From Octopus bimaculoides (taxonomy: Eukaryota): a stretch of 64,000 nt of DNA. Numbering within the stretch: the first letter of the stretch is position 1; each line of letters begins with the position of its first letter. The notes under the pieces are model-generated. The model did not search any database. It worked only from the letters and a program-made list of their open reading frames with translations, and was not told the origin of the DNA. Where the stretch lies: positions 54,728,940 through 54,792,939 of the forward strand of contig NC_068999.1 in the NCBI RefSeq assembly GCF_001194135.2, read 5' to 3'. Position numbers and translations under genes: made by a program. Below, piece after piece: positions 38,271 through 52,493 of the stretch.

Positions 38271-41200
38271 GAGGCCATAGCTAAAAACACTATTCCATCT
38301 AGTTATTTCATTCATCTTGGTACTAACCTACATTTTTTGACACATAAATTTCTGCTGAAGTTTAAATAGTAATAAAGTACCAGAAAATACCTTGTGATAT
38401 TTCTTATGGCTTATTACATTCTGAGTTCAAATCACACCAGGATCAACTTTGTCTGTTCTCATTCTGGAGTGATAAAATCAAGTACACCACTCAATGCTTT
38501 GAGTAACCCCTCCCTTTAAAACTGTTGGCCTTGTGTCAGAATCAGAAACCAATATTATTATTGTTATTAATAAGGCAATGTGTTAGCAAAATTGTAAGTG
38601 TAGACAAAATGCTCAGTGGCATTTCTTCCGGCTCTTAACATTCTGAGTTCAATTTCAACCAAAATTAACTTAGCCTTTCAATCTTTTGGGGTTGACAAAA
38701 TAAAGTACCTGACAAGTATTGGGGTTGATATATAAAGGACTGGATGGATAGTCATGGCTAGAGTGCCTTTGATCAAAGGTCTGCTCAATGATAACAAACA
38801 GATGAGGAATGACAAGTAGAAACAGTGAAAGGCTTTGGTTGGCCTGAGGCTCTAGCAGATGACACTTGTCCAAGGTGCCAAGCAGTGGGACTGAACTCAG
38901 AACCATGTAGTTGAGAAGCAAGATCCTCACCACACAGCCATGCCTGTGCCTACTGTATCCAATTTACTATTTTGCTTGCATGGGCCCCTCCTGCCTGGAG
39001 TCACATGGACCTTGATTGAGAACCACTGATCTAAATGCTTGCAATAGAGCACACTCCATTGAAAGCATCTAAGTGCCAGGTGGGGCATGGTGGTTTAAAC
39101 CAGGTAGTGAATTTAGTCTACAACACAAGGAAAGGAACTCTCTCTTTGACAGACTTCACAACAGTTTCTGTTACCCAAATTTTCACTCATAAGGCTTTAG
39201 TTGACTCAAAGCTATGGTAGAGGAGACTTGTCCAAGAGGTCATACAATGTGATTGAACCTGAAATCACATATTTGAAACCACACCTACACAATCATGCCA
39301 GCATCCATTATGAAGTTGGGATTGTGGTAAAGATGCTGTACTTCCTGTTACTGTTTGCTATAGATATGAATAGATCTCAAAAGATGGGATTACTATCAAT
39401 ATAGGTCTTCATTAATATATTAATTTCCTTCCATAATTAACAGTTGGAGTCATAATTACATGTTTCCATCTCCCATCTCTTCCTTCTTCATTTGTCACCT
39501 GATATTCAAATCCTTGGGAAAATATATAAGGAAAGGCTATAAAAAGCTATGAAGTTTCTCACTAGCATCATCGTCATCAACAGCAATTATTATTATTATT
39601 ATTATTATTATTTTTATATTTCTTTCTCATTTCGGCAAAAGACCAGCAGCTCCAAGGTAGATGTAAAGTACCAGTAAAATACTGTAATTGAAACAGCTGA
39701 CTAGTCTACTGCTCCCAAAATTTCAGGCCTTGTGTTTGCTAGAGACAATTATCATTATTGCAATATTTTGTTATGTCAATAGTTCAAATTCCAACAGGAA
39801 CATGTTTGCCTTCCATCCTTGCAGTTTCAATATATCAAGTGACTGTAATATACTGAGGTTGATTTAATCAATTCTTCCCTCTTCCAAAAATTTCTGGCTC
39901 AGTACCAGTGCTAAAATTGAAAACCATGCAATATTCCATCCACATTACAACCAAGAATTTAATCTATCACAGGTTTGGATGTTCAACATCCAAGCCATGC
40001 ACCATCTACAGATCACATCTGTATTCTACACCATTTGCAAACCAATGAAATAAACCAAAGCCTTTAGTAAATACAGTTCTTGTCAAACTGTGTATCATTC
40101 ACCAGAACCAAAACCCACCCCATTACACATAACTGAAGTCCTTCACTTAACAAAAGTCAATAATCAGGAGGTTTGATTGCAGAATGGCATCAAATATGAG
40201 AAAAACCTCCCAGCTAAAAAGGGAACACATATTTTCTCAAAATCCCTAACAGTAATGAAGGGTAGGAACCAGAAAAGAAACCTGCAATATTACTCATAGA
40301 AAACCAATATAAAATACTATGAAGTAATGATCCAACAGATGAAACATTAACTGTCCTTCAATCTTCAAAAACTAAAACCTCCTTATAGAAACATCTTTAC
40401 ACAAATTAACCAAAGAATCTAATTGAAAAAGAAAACCATGAAAAAAATCATTACTAATAACAAAAGTTAATCATAGTATGGTAACTAAAAGCTGGCAGCT
40501 AACAGATTAGAAATAATTATATTGGCTCTAAATTCCATCAACATTAGTTATTCTAAGCCAACACATTTGAAAACCAAACCTAATGTTAATACTCACTGCA
40601 GTTTCAGAGAATTAAGCCGAGGCAAATAGAATAACAAGAAGCTTACAATTTTTTAAGGGGTCACATTGACATTAACAAATCATTCTGATCTTCTTGCTGT
40701 GTTCTGTCAATAAGATAGAGGGCAGATAGATTTTAGATGACTGTCAGTTTCCAAGGTGGTGCCAAAGGCTGGATAAACCAGAAAATCCAATAATTTCTTT
40801 CTAATAGTTTTGCCCAACAGCATCTCGCATTTTAATCTAAGATCTGATTCATTTGTCTCATGGTTTATATTTTGGTAATAAGAAATGCCAACTTGATTCT
40901 ACAAATGGTAATGAGTAAGGAACCCTCATCTCATGTTGCCATTTGCTGACCTGCTTTGGTGTTTAACTTACTAGAAGGAATGAATGCCATAAAGAAAAAA
41001 AAAAAAAAAAAATCCCAAAAGTCACAGAAAATGGTTTTACAGATATTATTATTACTATTATTATTATTATTTGTTTGTTTGTAAAAAAAAAACACTAATA
41101 AGTTTGACCTTTTCCATTTGAGAAGAATGAAAAAGTCCAGGAAACTTTCAGATATTCAATGTCTGCTTGCTGTGCTAATGTTACATTATTAATTCTTTTT

Positions 41201-42069
41201 TTTCTTCTTTTTTTGGGTTTTTTTTTACTATATTTCTCGTGAAATATGCAGCTTTTGTTTCAGTTAATTTTGAAAATAATGAAGCATTTAGTAAAATAAT
41301 TGTCACTAATTAACCTGCTGTTTGAAACATGAGTTAACATTAAATTTTGATAGAAGGAAGGTTTTAATTTAGATGGTGGGGGGGATAAACATAGACACAA
41401 ATATATGTAACAGGCTTCTTTCAGTTTCTATCTACCAAATCCATTCACAATGCTTTGGTTGGCCTGAGGTTATAGAAGACACTTGCCCAAGGTGCCACAC
41501 AGTGGGACACAAACACACCCACACAGATATATAACATCAGCATTGTTTTAATGTCCACTTTTCCACGCTCACATGGGCCCAATGGAATTTATTGAGGCAG
41601 ATTTTCTATGGCCAAATGCCCTTCCTGTCAACAATCCTCATTTGTTTCCAAGTAAGGTAATATTTTCCCCCACGGCGATATACAACCTCACTCACGGGAT
41701 GTGACTCAACCTAGGCTGAAGAAGACACTTGCTCAAAGCAGAATCAAATCTGAAAACACTGGGCTGCTTATGGTAGGATGAAATCTGAAACCACTGGGCT
41801 GTTAAGTGTACCTCTTGCCAGCTCTGCTCAAGGAGACTCCGAAGTTGCAGATATCCAATGAAATAGCTAAGGGAGCAGTCAATAGCAGGTCTTAAATCTG
41901 GGCATTTGTATATATATGTATATAGTATTCACATAACACCAGCATGTTATGCACATGGCATCAGATATACACTGTGCCATTTGGGTCAATTTGCAGCAAT
42001 TGATTGGTCAATACTCTAGCTACCATTCGATCTTAATTGTAGATATGTCACAGGATTTAGATATAGAGT

Positions 42070-42925
42070 ATATTAAGAGATTTAGTGAGAGAGTTCATTA
42101 AGAGATTTAGTGAGAGAGTTCATTAAGAGATTTAAGTGCAGAGTTATTAAGAGATTAAAAAAGTAATGCTATTAAGAAATTTAAAAGGAGAGACTGTTTG
42201 CATGGGTCTCTTATGAGGAAGTGAGAGTATATTTCCAAAGTTATGCAATATAGAAGTATAAGAAAGAGTATATCTTTAGCTCTGTCGTTGAGGGAGGAAA
42301 GGACCAACAAGACTGAGACTGCCTATGGTTCTTCAATATAAACTTCTTGTTTTAAAGAGGTCTAAAGTAAAGCCGTCAATCAAAATTTCAGGCTAATTTA
42401 TGTTTCAAACAGTAGTTTAATAATAACAAAATTACTTTAATAAATTTTTCACAATTTTGAAAATTAATTAAAACAAAGGTAGTGTGTTTCATCAGAGATT
42501 TGGTTAACAAAAAGGTTAAAGTTTTGATGGTATAGCAATGGGAGAATATATCACCTACAATATTCTGTTACAGAGAGGTGTAAAAGTATATCTTTAAGGC
42601 TCATTTACAATGGAAGAAGAGACTAGAGAATATGTATTTAAGGGTGAAGGGAAGATGAGTGTGTATCTTCAAGACTGATGATGAGGGAAAGAGACAGTGT
42701 ATATTTTCAAGGCTCAGTTTGTGAGGGGGTGGGCACAGAGAGAGATGATATCTTTAAGGTTCTGCTGGTGATATGGGAAGAGAAGTAATATTATCAAGGT
42801 TCTGCTTCAGGTAAAGGATGGAAGAGTGTACCTTCAAGGTTCTGTTAGTGAAGGAAGGAGAGAGAGTATATCTTCACAGTTATGCTATAGGGGTGATAAA
42901 AGTAATATCTTCAAGGTTCTAACCA
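42070..42925. repeat. 25-bp tandem duplication (attaagagatttagtgagagagttc) followed by a degenerate minisatellite of about 40 bp (agagtatatcttcaaggttctg...)
   Basis: The gtatatctt(c/t)aaggttctg motif recurs about 10 times between 42225 and 42925, interrupted by a MITE remnant. Confidence 0.6.
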
Positions 42926-43435
42926 CAAGATACTGTAGAAGATAAAAATCTGAGAGTCTGCTAGAGGTGATGAAAGAGGAAGCACCAATTATAAGATGAT
43001 GTCTATATTACTGACATGAAGAAACCTTATTAGTTTAGCTCATCTATACTCTGCATGATGTCTGAGAACAGCAGTCAAAGAATTTCTTGAAATTCTCTTT
43101 GGAATTCGATTCAGAAGAAATATTAATAAGCACTGGACTGGATTGGATTGGATTGGTAAGTTAACATAGTTCTTCTCTGCCATGAGATAAAGAATAACAG
43201 AGCATCACCAAAAACTATTTACACAAGGACCGTCTTAAAGCTCAAGTTTCAAACACAACTCACAGAGAATATTGTATCACTGCTGCTTCGTTTAACATCT
43301 TGCCATTTCTCATCAAACAAGAAATTCAGAGAGAGAGAGAGACAGACAGGCAGAGGGGTAAACTGAAGTTAGTCTTAAAATATTTCATCTACTAAATTGT
43401 TATGAGAGGAGAATGTAGGGGTGGGGACAACTTAC

Positions 43436-43549
43436 CTTTCTGCCCTGGTAGATTTCACAGAATTTATGTCGAGGGGGGGGGCAGGGTAATTACCAGGATA
43501 TAAAGTTAATAAATGATGTATATTTATTTATATTCACATTTGAAATGTA
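43436..43549 (-). other. Candidate 114-nt non-coding exon
   Basis: Acceptor ctttgtggcctttaattcttag and consensus donor AAG|gtaagt; the only ATG is followed immediately by TGA, so it looks non-coding. Confidence 0.3.
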
Positions 43550-44252
43550 CTAAGAATTAAAGGCCACAAAGAGCAGAAAGCAATATAACTACAAGATGTG
43601 TGTGTGTGTGTGTGTGTGTGTGTAGCTACAAGCCACACACACACACACACACACACACACCATTCCAATAAATTCAACATCTTTCAAGAATGCATTACCC
43701 TCTAGATGTAGAAAATATAAAGAAATGTTAGGTATATGTACATTATTTTCAGTAATGTTCCAAGGAAAGCTATGAAGGTCTTGTTGACTGCATCTTGTCT
43801 TAAAAGTATTTGGAATTAAATTGTTTGAAATGATTTGGGGATACATATGTATATGTATGGTTTGAAGGTTATACATACAATTTATATAAACACATCTGAA
43901 TGTAGGAAAAATAGTGAGGATGTGTAACAGAGTGTATAATATTCATTTCAATCTGCTAACCCATGCTGTCGCTACTCTCAGCTTTTCGGTTCATAGGAGC
44001 AATGTCTGAATCATAAGCTTTCAAGTAGTAAATGACGATGACTTGTAAACCCAAACTTCATAAATCACCATCAACCTTTTTTAACTTTTCTTTTTTGTAA
44101 AAATAAATAAATCTGGTACTCAAAGTATCAAGGGATTCTTCCATTTAATATTCAACTGTTTTATCATACAGCTTTACATAAAAACAAGTTTACATACATG
44201 TGTTTGCCTGTGTATGTGTGTGTATATCGATGTGTGTGTATGAGAGAGAGCT

Positions 44253-44295
<43 letters not shown>

Positions 44296-46147
44296 TACTG
44301 CTCAGAGAGCCAGGACATATATTGAATGCTGTTTGCACAAGTAAATGGTTGTGTATTTGCGTGTTTGTGTGTATACTTGTGTGTGCACACGTGCGTACAT
44401 GCATATCAAACAAGCAGCGTAGTGGTGCTGGCAGAGAGATTGAAATCATACTGAAGAGCTGTTGCTGCAGACATACTGACAAAGCCAATAAGTAAATATG
44501 ATGCATATTACTCCCTCGACTATTGGAGAACTTGAAATGAGTTGGATCGTAGAGTAGACAAACATTTGGCACTTACAAACCAAAGGTCAGTACAACTAAC
44601 AATGACACAGAGTCGGAGGGCTGCAATAATACACTACTCCCACATCCCAATTAACACTGGCAATAATTAAAACTACATACCATCCTCATCATGATCATTA
44701 TTTAATGTCCATATTCCCTGTTGGAATGGGTTGGACACTTTGACAGAATCCGATGGGCTGAAGGGTTGCTTCATGCTCCAGTGTCTACACATGGATGCCC
44801 TTCCTAGCACCAACCATTTTACAGAGTGTATTGAGAGCATTTTTTGTACTGCCAACACTGACAAATGTGTGGCCTTGATGCCTAAATTAGAAAAATTATT
44901 ATTATTATTATTATTATTGCTGAGAGCCCAGCTAGGTAGCAGAAAGTGTAGAACAGCAAAAATATATAAGGCATTGTATTGATATAATCAGTAGAACAAC
45001 AGAGACAATGTAACAGTAGGGAAGAGTTCAAATCCCACTGAAACCAACTTTGCATTTCATTAATCTAGAGTCAATAAAATAAATTACCAGGGAAATACTG
45101 GAGTCACTTTTATCAATCTAATGTTCTTTGCTGCTGCATCATCATCATCATCATCGTTATGTGAGTGTCTGGAAGCTGGAGATGTCAATTAAACACTCAC
45201 TCTCCCCACACCTCTGCCAACCACTAATTCCCTAATTCCATTCTAATTCCAAATCTCATTCAAAAGTCATCTTCATTCTTTTAGAATAAATAAATTAATG
45301 ATGTTCTCCCCATCCCTACACTGTTTGATTTTTAGTAGCTCAACTCAGGTTTCTGAGTTCAAACGTAACCCATGGATGTCTTTGTTTTTCTTTCTTCCAG
45401 AGTTGCTGTTTAACCCCAGATCAAACCTGATAACGCAAACCTATGATTGAAAGTATCTTAGTCATGACCAGCCTGTCTTTTTGTAGATATTTAGGACTAA
45501 ATTAGCCAATGTATCCTTCCATTTTTAAAATAGCAAAAATGATAGGGGGATGACTTATTTCTAGCAAGTGTAGAGATCATGTAGCTCTTTTATTCTTCAA
45601 ATGCTGATAAAATGGGTACCAGTAATATACTAGGTTAGTACAATTGACTACAACACTTCCAGTAAAATACTACCACCACCATCATCATTACTTGTCCATC
45701 ACTTGTTATCTTCATGCATCCCCTTATTGTCTTCCCCCACCATTTCAGTTTCAAGCATCGCTCTTTCCACAGCTTCATCCCTCAATCTGTGAGTGTGTGT
45801 GTGTGTGTGCGTGTGCGTGTGTGCGTGTATGTTGTATGCAAGCATGTGGTGTTTGTGTATATTTGTGTGTGCCTGCATGTCTGTATTTATGTAGGCAAAT
45901 CTGTGTGGATAATGTGTACGAGGCTTTCCTTTATACAGATGATTGTGTGTTATTCAACACAAACACACGCAGGCCGAGACCACCACCACCACCACCGCCG
46001 CCGCCGCCGACGCCACTACCACCACCAGGTGATGAAGTGGAGAGAGTAAAAAGGAGATAACTGTTGGAACAACAACAACAAAACAGCCCAAATACCATGG
46101 AGTATGTGAAAGGTAACAGACATACCAACACCCTGAAAGCCATATAC

Positions 46148-46368
46148 CTGCTTTGACAGCGAATCAACCCAGAGATAAGGGTGTTTTCTTCCCTACTCCA
46201 CTCCCCCGTAATCAACCTGACAACAGCCAACATCATATCGCGCGTGTGTGCGGCGGGGGCGGGGAGGGGGAGAACGATGGAGGTAAGAGCCCACCCCCCT
46301 CCGGAAGATTTCAGAGATACCATTAATCAACATATCAGCTTCCCCACCACTCGCTTGGCAGCAGTATT
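46148..46368 (-). other. Candidate internal exon in a GC-box-containing island
   Basis: Strong acceptor ctacctttcctttcttcctag|AATACTGC (exon start 46368); donor CAG|gtatat at 46147; GGGGCGGGG Sp1-type box at about 46255-46264. Confidence 0.3.
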
Positions 46369-46512
46369 CTAGGAAGAAAGGAAAGGTAGGGCTAACGCCA
46401 GCCTACATTTATTTGTATGAAACATCGGAAGAGAATGAATTATCTGTCATATGAAGTCAGGTAGTATATGTGGGTGGGTAGGCAGGTAACCTCAAAGAAG
46501 TTTTTAAGAACA

Positions 46513-46815
46513 GTAGGTGCATGGCTCAGTGGTTAGAGCATCGAACTCACAATTATCAGGTAGTGAGTTCGATTCCAGGATTGTTGAATAGGACATTTTC
46601 ATGTTACTCCAGCTCACTCAGCTGTGCAAATGAGTTGTGACGTCACTGGTGCCAAGCTGTATCGGCCTTTGCCTTGCATAGCATCGGTGGTGTGGAGGGG
46701 GGGGGGGCTGGTATGCATGGACATCTGCTGGTCTTCCATAAACAACCTTGCCCGGACTTGTACCTCGGAGGGTAACTTTCTAGGTGCAATCCCATGGTCA
46801 TTCATGACCGAAGGT
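46513..46815 (+). mobile_element. tRNA-headed SINE, family C
   Basis: ggtgcatggctcagtggttagagcat...gagttcgattcc (A and B boxes), followed by a ccagctcactcagctg central domain and a caatcccatggtcattcatgaccgaagg tail. Confidence 0.7.
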
Positions 46816-47096
46816 TTTTTTTTTTTTTACCAATGATTGGATTGACAGAACTGTTAACGTTTGGTAACATGCCTTGCAAACATTTAATTACGATTTTTAA
46901 AAATTATGTTCTGAGTTCAAATCCTACTGAAGTCAAAACTTTGTCTTTAATCCTTTTTGGGGAGAAAACGATAAAATAAAGTACCAGTCAAGTATATACT
47001 GTGGGGTCCTATGCAAATTTCTTGATAAAATGGATGAAATAACATTTTTCTAGTGGAAGACATGTAGCTTTGTGCTTATATAAGAAACCATTATCT

Positions 47097-47133
<37 letters not shown>

Positions 47134-49744
47134 AGGATGTCCAAAAATTACCTTTACAATTTGAAAAAAATCAGCGGGGGGGGGGGATAAGGATAACTCA
47201 GCAGAATTTATTCGAAAACATAGGCAAAGTTTTATTAGAAACATCAGAACACTTCCACGTGGGCTCCATTGGTTACGAAGGAATGGATTGATGGAGCTCA
47301 ACTTAAATGGATGCAATGAATTATGAAAGTTGTAAAGATAATTTATGAACACCCTGTAGTAGTAGTAGTAGTAGTAGTAGTAGTAATAGTAGTAGTATAG
47401 GCTAAAAGGATATTGAAACGAGTATGCAGTTGTATCCACAACACTTCATCAATGCCAGCGAGAGCTTTGAGGGGAGAGGCGAGGAGGGCGAGCCTCTAAA
47501 AGTGGAACAAACAATATCGTCGGAGCTCTGTTTAAAATATCTATGGGTCAACTTCAAACTTTCAACCACTGCAGGGTTCGATAACCAAAAGATTAAATAT
47601 TAACCGTTTCTTGAAACAACAGCAACAATAAGTGGATTTCGCCATGAATCCGAAGAACACCATTATATTCGTCCGATAGATTCTGAGTTTGTAGTCCCAG
47701 AAGGATCAATAAATCATATCTGACTGTTAGAGCAAAATTTAACAACATAAAAGCTTCAAATTTTGACACAAGGCCAGCATTTAAAAAAAAAAATTTTGAT
47801 TAAATTTTTTTTTTTTTAAGAGAAGGGTAATCGATTACATCGATCCCAGTGCTCAACTGGTACTTACTTTATCGACCCTGAAATGATGAAAGGCTAAGTC
47901 GGCTTCGGCGGAATTTGAACTCAGAACGTAATGAACAAGTTGGAAGAAATGCCACTAAGAATTTTAATAATAATCGTTATTATTAAAGCCCCAGCATTAA
48001 TAATAATTTCTTTCAAATATAGCCACAAGGCCAGATATTTTGGAAGTGCTAGTTGATTACATGGACCCTAGTGCTCAATTGGCAACTTATTTTATCGACC
48101 CCGAAAAGTCGTCAGTCTTTGAACTCAGAACATAATAAATGAGCCGTAAGAAATATGACAATAAGCATTTAGTCCGACGCGCTACTACTACTATACTAAG
48201 CCTCCTTTGGTTATAGTTGCTTAGCCCGGCCGAGTAGCTGTTTCAGCTGAGACTACCCTATCTTTTATTCTATTATTTTTCTCAGAGTGTACATGGGGAC
48301 CACCTAATCCAACGTCTACGTTTTTAAGACAGGGATAGGAATTGTGTACAATACAACGAATGTCCAGCGTGTATATTATTAGAGGCGGTGATGTCGAAGA
48401 AAAGGGTGATTGGAGATGGTACAATAACCTATAACATACACCCATATTATCCAACAATAAAAGACTATCACAGTGTAATCTCTTCGTAGGCCTGTGACTA
48501 TGCGCTCTCTCTCTCTCTCGCACACACACATACATGCGCACCCACAAATGCGATCAAACGAAATACACGAACTTAAATAGTGAAATAGGTCTCGGAGACT
48601 ACAATAATTTCTGAATTGAGAACTTCCTCTCAAACACAGAAATACACACATGCATACAGAAACCAACAATAATTGGGTGAGCTCACCCGTATGTAACATA
48701 CCTTTTATCGCTGAAAAAGGTTCTTCTTTTTTTTTTTTTTTACCCGCCCCCTATCTATATATGGATTAAGAATAAGCTTGATTGACAACTACTGCTACTA
48801 TTATTGCTAGCAACAAAGTCTTGACACCCCCACCCTCCATACATACATCCATGCGCACATGCACCCAAAATTATTTCTGACATAAGCGTAAGAATTTGAG
48901 GATTGGGGTTAGGTTAAATCATATCGACCCCGTGTACTTCATTAGTATCTCATTCTAACGGTCCCGTAGGAATAAAAGGGGAAGTTGACTTCAGTAGCAG
49001 ATGAACTCTATAACAGAATTTAATATACATTAGATTTTAATTTTGGAGGCAGAGGCGGTGGCGGGATACTACAGGGGGCGAAAAGTATTGTTAAAAGTTT
49101 AAGAATAAAAAAAAAAGACGGATACGAAATAAACTCTCTTTCTCAGCCAAGAGTTGCATATAAAGTTAGATACCAATTTGCGTGTGTGTGTGTGTGTGTG
49201 TGTGTGATGGCAATTAGCAGTAGCATGGAACATCGACAAGTTTGGTCAGAGAAACAAAAGCGAGTTTTTCACACACACGTAAAAATCAATTCCAGCGAAC
49301 CCAAGTCCATGATTTCATTTCTGATCCCTGTTGAAAACCCATTTCATTTTAGAAACGTGTGTGAGTGCGCGCGTGAGTGTTTCTGTGCGTGTGTGATCCC
49401 AACTCGCCTGAACCTCTCACGATCTCGTTTCCTATACCCTACACAAATGAAATGACTTTTAACGGTGAAAAGAAATGAAATTCTGCTAACTGGGATCGCT
49501 GAAAACAAAATGTACTTCTGTTGCTTGAATGAAAGGGAACGACGTCTAGATGAACCCTAATGCTATACTGTAACATCAATAGTATACATACAAAACCAAA
49601 TTATAAATGGTGAAAATATAAAGAAAACATGAGGATATAGAAAAAATATTACAAAGTGAATGAATATACAGTTTTAGTTACATTTTATGTTGAAACATCA
49701 CATAAACAAGAAAGAAATGGCTGAGATTGATCATCCAACATTAC

Positions 49745-50215
49745 CTTATGAAACTCGAGCAAAAGGATTTGTGTTTCTTCTAAATACCAGAATCAAGTCG
49801 TGTAAAGAAGCTGGTATATATATTTATAAATATAAATATATACTGTTTAGCTGTCTCGGATTTTTCTTCTTCACCCTGTTTTTTTTTTTGTTTTTTCTCA
49901 ACCAAAAAATCCCTTCAGGTTTTAGTCCGACTGAATCCTACAGAGCACTGCTGTTTTTTCATAGTTTCAACGAGAAGAAAGTGTTCACAAACGAGATCAA
50001 AATTATCGAGTGCCGTCAAGTAAAAATGGAACCCAATCCATTATGTGATGATCACTGGCAAACAGAATAAATAGGGAAAGGGAGAGAGAGAAAGTAAGTT
50101 GAGAGATCACCCGACTAAAGAGGAAAGGGATGGTGGAGGCGGTGGAATCTGTATGGTGAGAATATTGGGTGCTGTGACGATGAAGGCAGTAAAGCAGTAA
50201 GTAGTGCTGCTGCAG
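49745..50215 (-). other. Candidate non-coding 5'UTR exon
   Basis: Acceptor ttctcttctgcag near 50215 and donor ATAAG|gtaatg at 49744; no sustained ORF. Confidence 0.3.
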
Positions 50216-50405
50216 AAGAGAATCCCTATTTATTCTCCCATTTCTTTCTTCTAAAATGTCAGAATGAAAGTTAAAATGAGAGGAAGATAAAAAAGAGGAT
50301 AGTAAAAAGTAAAGCTAGAGACTCGGGCAGGAAGAATGGAATGGCAACAAACAGGTAAAGAATCTAGCTTAGACTAGGCTAGGCGAGCTGGCAGGCTTCC
50401 CTTAC

Positions 50406-50700
50406 GGAGAAAAAAATAAACCGGCCGGCCGGCTTCGCTCAGTCTGCCAACTCTTTCGTGATTGCATTCTAAACCAACTGGATGTTCTGTTGAAAAATCT
50501 TCAGCTTTCAGTCGCAACTTCAACTGGTTCTCTCTCCCTTTCTCCCAATACCAGCAGTAGTAGCAGCAACAGTAGCAGACTTCGCTCTTTTTGATTCCTT
50601 TCTTTGATTGTCTCTCTATTTGTTTACTCGTGGCTGTCTCTATCTATCTATCTTCATTAAAAACAAGAAACGGCTGATTTCACACAGTAACGCAACTAAA
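50406..50700 (-). other. Candidate first exon at the main CpG-island promoter; optional ORF MQSRKSWQTERSRPAGLFFS|P (phase 2)
   Basis: Inr-like TTAGTT near 50697 with tatatg about 25 nt upstream; donor CTCC|gtaagg at 50405; ATG at 50467 gives 20 codons +2 nt, in frame with the phase-2 entry of the 19040 exon. Confidence 0.38.
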
Positions 50701-52459
50701 TCATGTTTTACGCCCATATACCAGCCGGAGGAGGAAGAAGTACAGCAACATTAACACAAGGAAGAAAGAAAAACAAAACAAAACAAAACTAAAAAATTTT
50801 TACAAAACAAAACAAAACAATATTTTTAATAAAGTTGATATGGTGAAAACGGGTGAAGTGGAGAGACGGAAAGGTTGATGTAAAGGGTAAGAGAGAGTTG
50901 GAGATATTCTGGGAAGATGAAAGTATGGAAAAAAAACCCCCCAAAAACCCCCCAGCATGGAACTAATTCATTGCCTGACAGACATAGGAGAGATAGTTTA
51001 GTCAGCGGGAATGCGATTACTGTTGACTGCACTATATGGATAGACAGATGAGTGACTGACAGAATAATAGTCCCTGGGGGTTGAAAGGGAGACAGGGAGG
51101 AGATAATCAGGCACAGGGATTTTTTCTGTTTGTTTTAATAAAATATGAAGAATAATACTGAGGAATACATAGCTGTGATCCAGAATAAATTTACACAGAA
51201 AGATAGGCGAGGAAATGAGAGTGGCGACAATACTTCGTAAACTAGTTTCTGTCAGAACGGGTAGATTGCGGTATTTAGTTACGTCCCTTTACTTCCGGGT
51301 CGATAAAATACAGTGAAATGCTGAGGGATAGAGGAAAGGGCAACAGAGTGTGCTCAGCTGTACCCTAATGTATGGGACCTTGATGGCTACATTAGAAACC
51401 ACCGTTATTACGAGACACTGCTAGAAACAGCAATCGTATACCTCTCAAATCACACCTTAATATCTTGAAATGAAAAAGGTGTTGGATATTGTGGTCCTGG
51501 ACGCAAAAAGAAAACAAAACAACGAGATGGTCATGTTTCGAATGCTATTAATCAAACTTAAATGAGGACATTGCCATCGAAAAATATAAAACAAAATACT
51601 GGGTCTATGGATTTTGTGTCACAATTCCGGAAATATTTTTCATAGCGCAAATACAAGACTTAATTGCTTAATTTGCCTGAATACAACGATATTACACCTA
51701 AGAAGAGTGAAACACCTCGTGTATGTATTTGCGTGGGTAAAGGTGACAGAAAAAGGGAAGGAAAATGAAAGAATGTATTAGAACGAAGTAAAATAGTCAC
51801 AGTAAATCAGACATAAAGAGGGAAGGTAGATTACGAGAGTGCAGAATATAAGAGGCAAGGTAGAGTGAGTTGGGGTAGACAGGTTTAAGGGAGTATAGAA
51901 CACGGGGAGTGACTTACTGGTAGCGAGGGAGGGGAGGAGTGTCAGGCAGCTCTTGTTCATTCACAGACTCTCCGATGAAAAGTGTTGGTACCCGTCTTCA
52001 ACAACTCTGATCTTGTTGATATGTGACGTAAGCGTGCGGATTCAGATGGTGGGGAGTGCACAGAGAACAATGTCACCTGCCCATCCTGCATGTTCATCCT
52101 GCCCCCTGTCGCTCTAGCATATCAAAGTGGAACTCGAAATAAAGAGTCAATAATGCAGAGTAGTAGTGGTAGTGATGAGTGGGACGTTTAAGATGGGGGC
52201 TGTCAGAGATGGGGGTACAATGTGTAAGGCGAGGTAGCTGTAGCAAAATAACCGGATCTGGAGTGTATTACGTAAGGTGACAAACGCAGACGCAACAATA
52301 AGTACAGGAGTTCCTAAAGGTGCTTCTGCACGAAGACAATCATTGCGGTGGAAGTTAACACATTAGAATCACAACTCTGTGTATGTACACACAGGCGGCA
52401 TAGTTTAGTGTATATGTAGGTGATGCAGTTATATATTTGTTTATAGAGGGCTGTTTGTT

Positions 52460-52493
<34 letters not shown>

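Noticed and set aside
39080-39100. Near-KPPAPP coding sequence on the minus strand (aaaccaccatgccccacct)
   Set aside because: Needs a 1-nt deletion, hits a stop two codons later and has no splice sites.
40190-40260. Minus-strand CVPFLAG.FFS resembling mitochondrial ND5 (possible NUMT)
   Set aside because: Similarity is limited to about 8 residues; the flanks do not continue ND5-like.
44540-44630. Overlapping donors on both strands (minus TTT|gtaagt; plus AAG|gtcagt)
   Set aside because: No frame or phase consistent with neighbouring exons; the plus frame NELDRRVDKH is preceded by a stop.
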